A program made the position numbers and the translations under genes. Source: Chlorokybus atmophyticus (Eukaryota > Plantae > Mesostigma and Chlorokybus algae). Taken from it: a DNA stretch of 11,700 nucleotides. The notes beneath the pieces are model-generated. The model saw only the letters and a program-made list of their open reading frames with translations, searched no databases and was not told where the DNA came from. This document shows, piece by piece, positions 7,720 through 11,700 of the stretch. Location: assembly GCA_009103225.1 (NCBI GenBank), contig RHPI01000230.1, positions 1 to 11,700 on the forward strand. Reading direction: 5' to 3'. Each line of letters begins with the position of its first letter. The stretch's first letter is position 1.

Positions 7720-10700
7720 TTATTGTCCGTCTGTTATGGCCTCAGGAGCTTCATGTTGCAGCTTGTCCACCGGCTCTTCCGCATCCTCCTGCTTGGTCAG
7801 CTCCATGAACTCCGCAGTGAGCTGTAAGAAACGTTACCACATTTGTGTTCATACCAGAGCACAAGTGTGCATGCATGGTAGCACGTGCGAGGTAGCGCAC
7901 ATGTGCACGGTAATCCCTGCAATTGCACAACATAGCACATCAACATACCTGTTTAATGACTTCATCAGAGGCGTCTGCGCCCGCAGCCTCAGCCCTCGCT
8001 TGGTCCTTCTTGGCCTTGGCCTTCATCTCTTTGGCCCTGGCCTCAAGGTTGCGCTCCCTCTTTGTCTCCCTTTCAAACATCTGCACATGCCCAACGTTTG
8101 ATGATGTATGCTACTCCTGCAGCAAGACACGACAATCACGTGTAACGCATGCGCACCTGACTGATGCTTTGCTTTTCCCCTGCCTGCAACACAGCGAGAC
8201 CGTCGCACAGATTCAACAACGTTGTGGACCCATCACGCGCACCCGCCGCCATGAACTTGCCAGTGTGATCCACTTTGAATGCAGACAACCCACTCTCGTT
8301 GACCTGCATTGGCGCAAAGTAAGCATGCACGCAGGCAGGCACACACACGCACGCACACATAGGCACGCACAAGTGCACGCGCACTCGAATATACATGCCT
8401 TTGTACAAGCATTGGTACATAATATTCTTGATGCTAGCTCAAAGCAGCCATATGCATTGCAAACAGCAGAGCTGAGAGCGTTGTCTTACTTGCAAGGTGA
8501 GGGCAGGGTCGTTCTGCTTGTAGAAGTAGTCCCACACATCCAATGTGCCATCTGCTTTTGTCGTGAAGAACACGCCTGGGCGTGTGGGTGACCAGGCGCC
8601 CGCCGTGACATAAGATGAGCTGCAAGAGCACCAGCCACCCCATCAGCAAATCCAACATGCAAGTGGGCACACAACCAAGTGTGGCTATGGGTTTTATACC
8701 TGTATCGTGTCGTCATCACCGCGGCTCTCAGGTCCTCCATCCACACTCGCGCCGTCCAGTCACCCGCAGACAGGAAGTACTTGGGGAATGTTGGGTGGCG
8801 TTGGAGGGAGAGGACGGGTGCGTGGTGGCCAGTATAGGATGCACCGATGCGGTCCTGAAAAGTCCAACCAGTTAGATGCATACAGAATATGTTGTGTGCA
8901 AGGGCATAAGTTCTCTGTGCAATAGAGTACTGCTTGCCTGCGGGTTCTTGGCTTTCCTGTTGCAGGAAAGGATGATACCCTGTTCTGTTCCAACCATGAA
9001 CTTGGAAGGACCCGCCACGGCCTCGTACTCCATACTCACCTGTTGGAAGGCAGGTGCAATCAGACAACCACAATATGACACAATGGAGCGAGCATACCCA
9101 CATACACCCACATACCCGCAAACTTCCGCACTTACCGCCCCAAGCACTATGTTACTGCCCTTTTCTTGCAAGAGCAGCGACTCCACAGGCTCACCCAGTC
9201 TCCTTGTATCCCACCTAAAACAGCGAGGTCATCGCACATCTGACGTTGTGTCTTGGGCTCATAATACTCACTGTCAAAACGGCCATGTACGCACCAGTGA
9301 ATGTTGCCGTCTGTTGAACAGCTGGCGCACTCGGTGGCCGTCTTGCTCTGCAGCCACGTGACGTCATACACGGGGTCGCGGTGCGATCGTTCAATGGGAG
9401 AGGCGTCCATTGCGGCCGAACCCTTGCGCGCATCCCACCAGGCAACCTGTGTATGTTGTGACAACGGTGCGCTTGGTGTTGTGTGTTTCAGAGGTGCAAG
9501 GGAGACTGCAGTCTGTACCTGGCCATTGTACTGTCCTCCGGCGATGATGTTGGGGTCGCGGGGGTTGTACACGGCGCAGCAGAGCTGAGATGAGGGTGAG
9601 AGCTCCAGCTCGGGGAATGTTGGGTTTGAGACGTCCCATATGTACGATGGCATCGACGTTCCTTCTGGTACACCCTGTTGTGCGCATCACATAGACATAC
9701 ACGACCACACCCCCACCGCAACTATGTCAGTGCTATAGTTTGCACCACTGGTCAATTCAACAAAGTACGTTCTGCTGGTACCTGGAATGCCATGATACTG
9801 TATGCTACTGCAATCTTTCGCCCAGCATCTGGATACCTGTTCACACGTGGTAGTTTATTCTGTTGTCGTTAAAGCATCATATCTGTCGGTGTCTGTTGAA
9901 GCCATTATGTTAAACAAGCTATCCTTACCATGAGATGTAGTTGGCCTGTCTTGTCCCTGCTGGTCCCGAAGTGCATGGGTCTCGGAACACGGTGAGCGTC
10001 TTCGCGGTAGGCGCCTCGCTCGAATGGTCCGCTGCAGCGCCCTTAAAGTACTCCTCGTAGATGTCAATCGCGTTGTTCTGGCGCACAAGCTCTTCCACCT
10101 GTCACCGCCATTCAGAAAGTTCGACAACCATGTCATTGCATGCCGCCAAGACATTACAACGCTTCCACTTAAACAACTGTACTCAAACCAATACCCACAC
10201 CCACACGCGCACCCACACCCACACACGCGTGTGGGCGCACGCGTACACACGCAGCAAACGTGGCACTGCAGTTGGATCCAAGCTGGTGCACTGGCTAAGA
10301 CTGTAAGCGTGCAATAAATGTTGCATGTATCTGACGTAGGCACCCTCCTTCATACGCAAAGGCGTGCCGTGCGGGGGTGTGTGGTGGGGGGTGGTTGGGG
10401 TGGTTAACATGTTGCTAGAGCCTGCATGTACCATCCATCTCGCAGAGCTATACTTACCTGGCATAATACATGGTTACCAACTCTGCACAACAACTCTCCC
10501 TACCTGAACCCCCAACTTGACGATGGTCTTGATGTACTCTTCATCCTTCTCGACCTTCCGCCGCCACCTAATCACGTGCTCTGCCTCCGACGCGTCCACG
10601 TCCTTGGGCCAGCCGCCTTCTGTGTGAAGCAGGCCTTGGGACACGTAAGCCTGGCGCTCCGTGTTCACCTAACAACACATAATACAGATCAACACCGCTA

Positions 10701-11009
10701 ACCAACACTAACAAGAAGGCGTTGTAACATTGGGCAGGCAAATACAGGATGTGATGCTAGTCCCACAATGCCGACAAAGCTCAACACAACAACAGCAACA
10801 GCAGCAGCAACATACTGGCGGCACTGGTGTGTTACAGCTACATGACTGTGCAGCTGCGGAGAGCAGAGTATTGCATTGTTTATGAGGTACCCACACAGAC
10901 TGACCTCATGCTCGGACATCTCAGGTCCAATTTGCACAACTGTGGTGCAAGGTGACCGCGTCACGTAGTCAGCCAGCATGGACTCGTCTGGCCGGATGTC
11001 TGCAATGAC
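7720..11009 (-). CDS. DIC2: Axonemal outer-arm dynein intermediate chain 2 (IC2/IC69, ODA6; DNAI2 orthologue), WD40 repeat protein; 5'-partial, 13 exons in window
   Basis: Exons 11009-10905, 10668-10504, 10098-9929, 9836-9782, 9674-9519, 9446-9295, 9214-9136, 9039-8938, 8854-8700, 8619-8490, 8303-8157, 8080-7949 and 7821-7720 splice to 1650 nt (549 aa plus stop) with no frameshift. Hallmarks: PEMSEHE, HTEGGWPKDVD..EAEH, QNNAIDIYEEYF, SHRDPVYD..WLQSKT, FMVGTEQG..CNRKAKNP, GDWTARVW, WSPTRPGVFFT, MFERETKRE. The roughly 25 N-terminal residues were not found before 11700. Confidence 0.96.
8855..8937 (-). other. Non-canonical GC-AG intron (83 nt) in the dynein gene
   Basis: Donor CAG|GCAAGC at 8937 and acceptor TTTCAG|GAC at 8855. 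Splicing gives KAKNPQ|DRIGASY, collinear with IC2 (KAKNPVDRV); read-through hits a stop. Confidence 0.88.
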
Positions 11010-11700
11010 CTGGGGCAGGGACAGTGTGCAATGTTGGACAGAAGTACCATCAAGATCACGGGCACATGATGTTGTGTATGCTGTTCATGGGTTAGCTTGT
11101 GACACGAGTATGTATTGAGTTGTTCTGTAGCCTTTCTCATGCCACCAACGTATACAAGCACAGCCATGCACTCACAACAAAGGTTGCAGTAAACAGTCCA
11201 GGCTTGCACAGCAAGGCAGTTCGCAAATAGACAATTGGCCAACCCACGAGGACACCAAACCACCATGGACCTTACTCGTGATTAGTATGGCGCTGAATCA
11301 AGTGTCTTAAGGTGAAAGCTGCTAGCGTTGGCAGCTGTTTTGAGCCACTGAAGCGCACATGCTCGTGTATGAAGACTATATGATGTAACAGACCAGTCAT
11401 TTCAACCGGCTAGCTGCACTGCACGCCAGCCTTCTTGACAGCTCTGGTTTTCATGGTTCCCCGCCCAGTCTCCTCATGCATGTTTGTGCGTGTGCGTGTG
11501 GCAAAGGCTGCATGCATGCGTGATTGCGCAAGCATGTACGCCCGTGTGTGGTGTCACTGCGTACATGCGTGCGTATGAGCGCGTTTGCGCGTGTGTATAT
11601 GCAAACATGCGCATGTCTATGTCGGAGGGCAGTAAGGGAACAAAGATTGGTATGGTATGGTGTGGTGATGGGAGTGAAAGGGAGGGACCCCCCCCCCCCC

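Noticed and set aside
10450-10461. ATACTTACCTGG, identical to the 5' end of U1 snRNA
   Set aside because: The following sequence shows no U1 stem-loops or Sm site. It is simply the reverse complement of a consensus splice donor on the gene strand.
11010-11700. Searched for the first dynein exon; noted ORF 10961-11266 and the terminal poly-C run
   Set aside because: No MEIYH/RKQFG-like segment found. The region reads as intron, and the C-run is truncated by the window edge, so nothing can be concluded.

Overview
Intron-rich eukaryotic genomic DNA, most likely from a flagellated green alga (Chlorophyta, probably Chlamydomonadales). This is inferred from TGTAA polyadenylation-type signals near gene ends, short GT-AG introns rich in TG/CA repeats and an ODA6/DIC2-like dynein chain. 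Four genes can be spliced by hand into intact reading frames. (1) A 4-exon, 241-aa two-TM protein (3569-4706, -) matching the TMEM249/CATSPER-theta (DUF4579) family, known as a subunit of the animal sperm CatSper channel; this is the most interesting item. (2) A 5-exon, 132-aa plastid-type DnaJ-like zinc-finger protein (5342-6424, -). (3) A 3-exon, 98-aa LYR-motif protein (6596-7466, +), head-to-head with gene 2 across 171 bp. (4) Thirteen exons of outer-arm dynein intermediate chain 2 (7720-11009, -), with one GC-AG intron; its first exon lies beyond the window. A GC-rich probable exon of an unidentified minus-strand gene lies at about 123-462. The region 900-3450 is non-coding and largely AT-rich, with several hairpins, a 20-bp tandem duplication and two candidate structured RNAs. 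Family calls rest on remembered motifs, not database searches.
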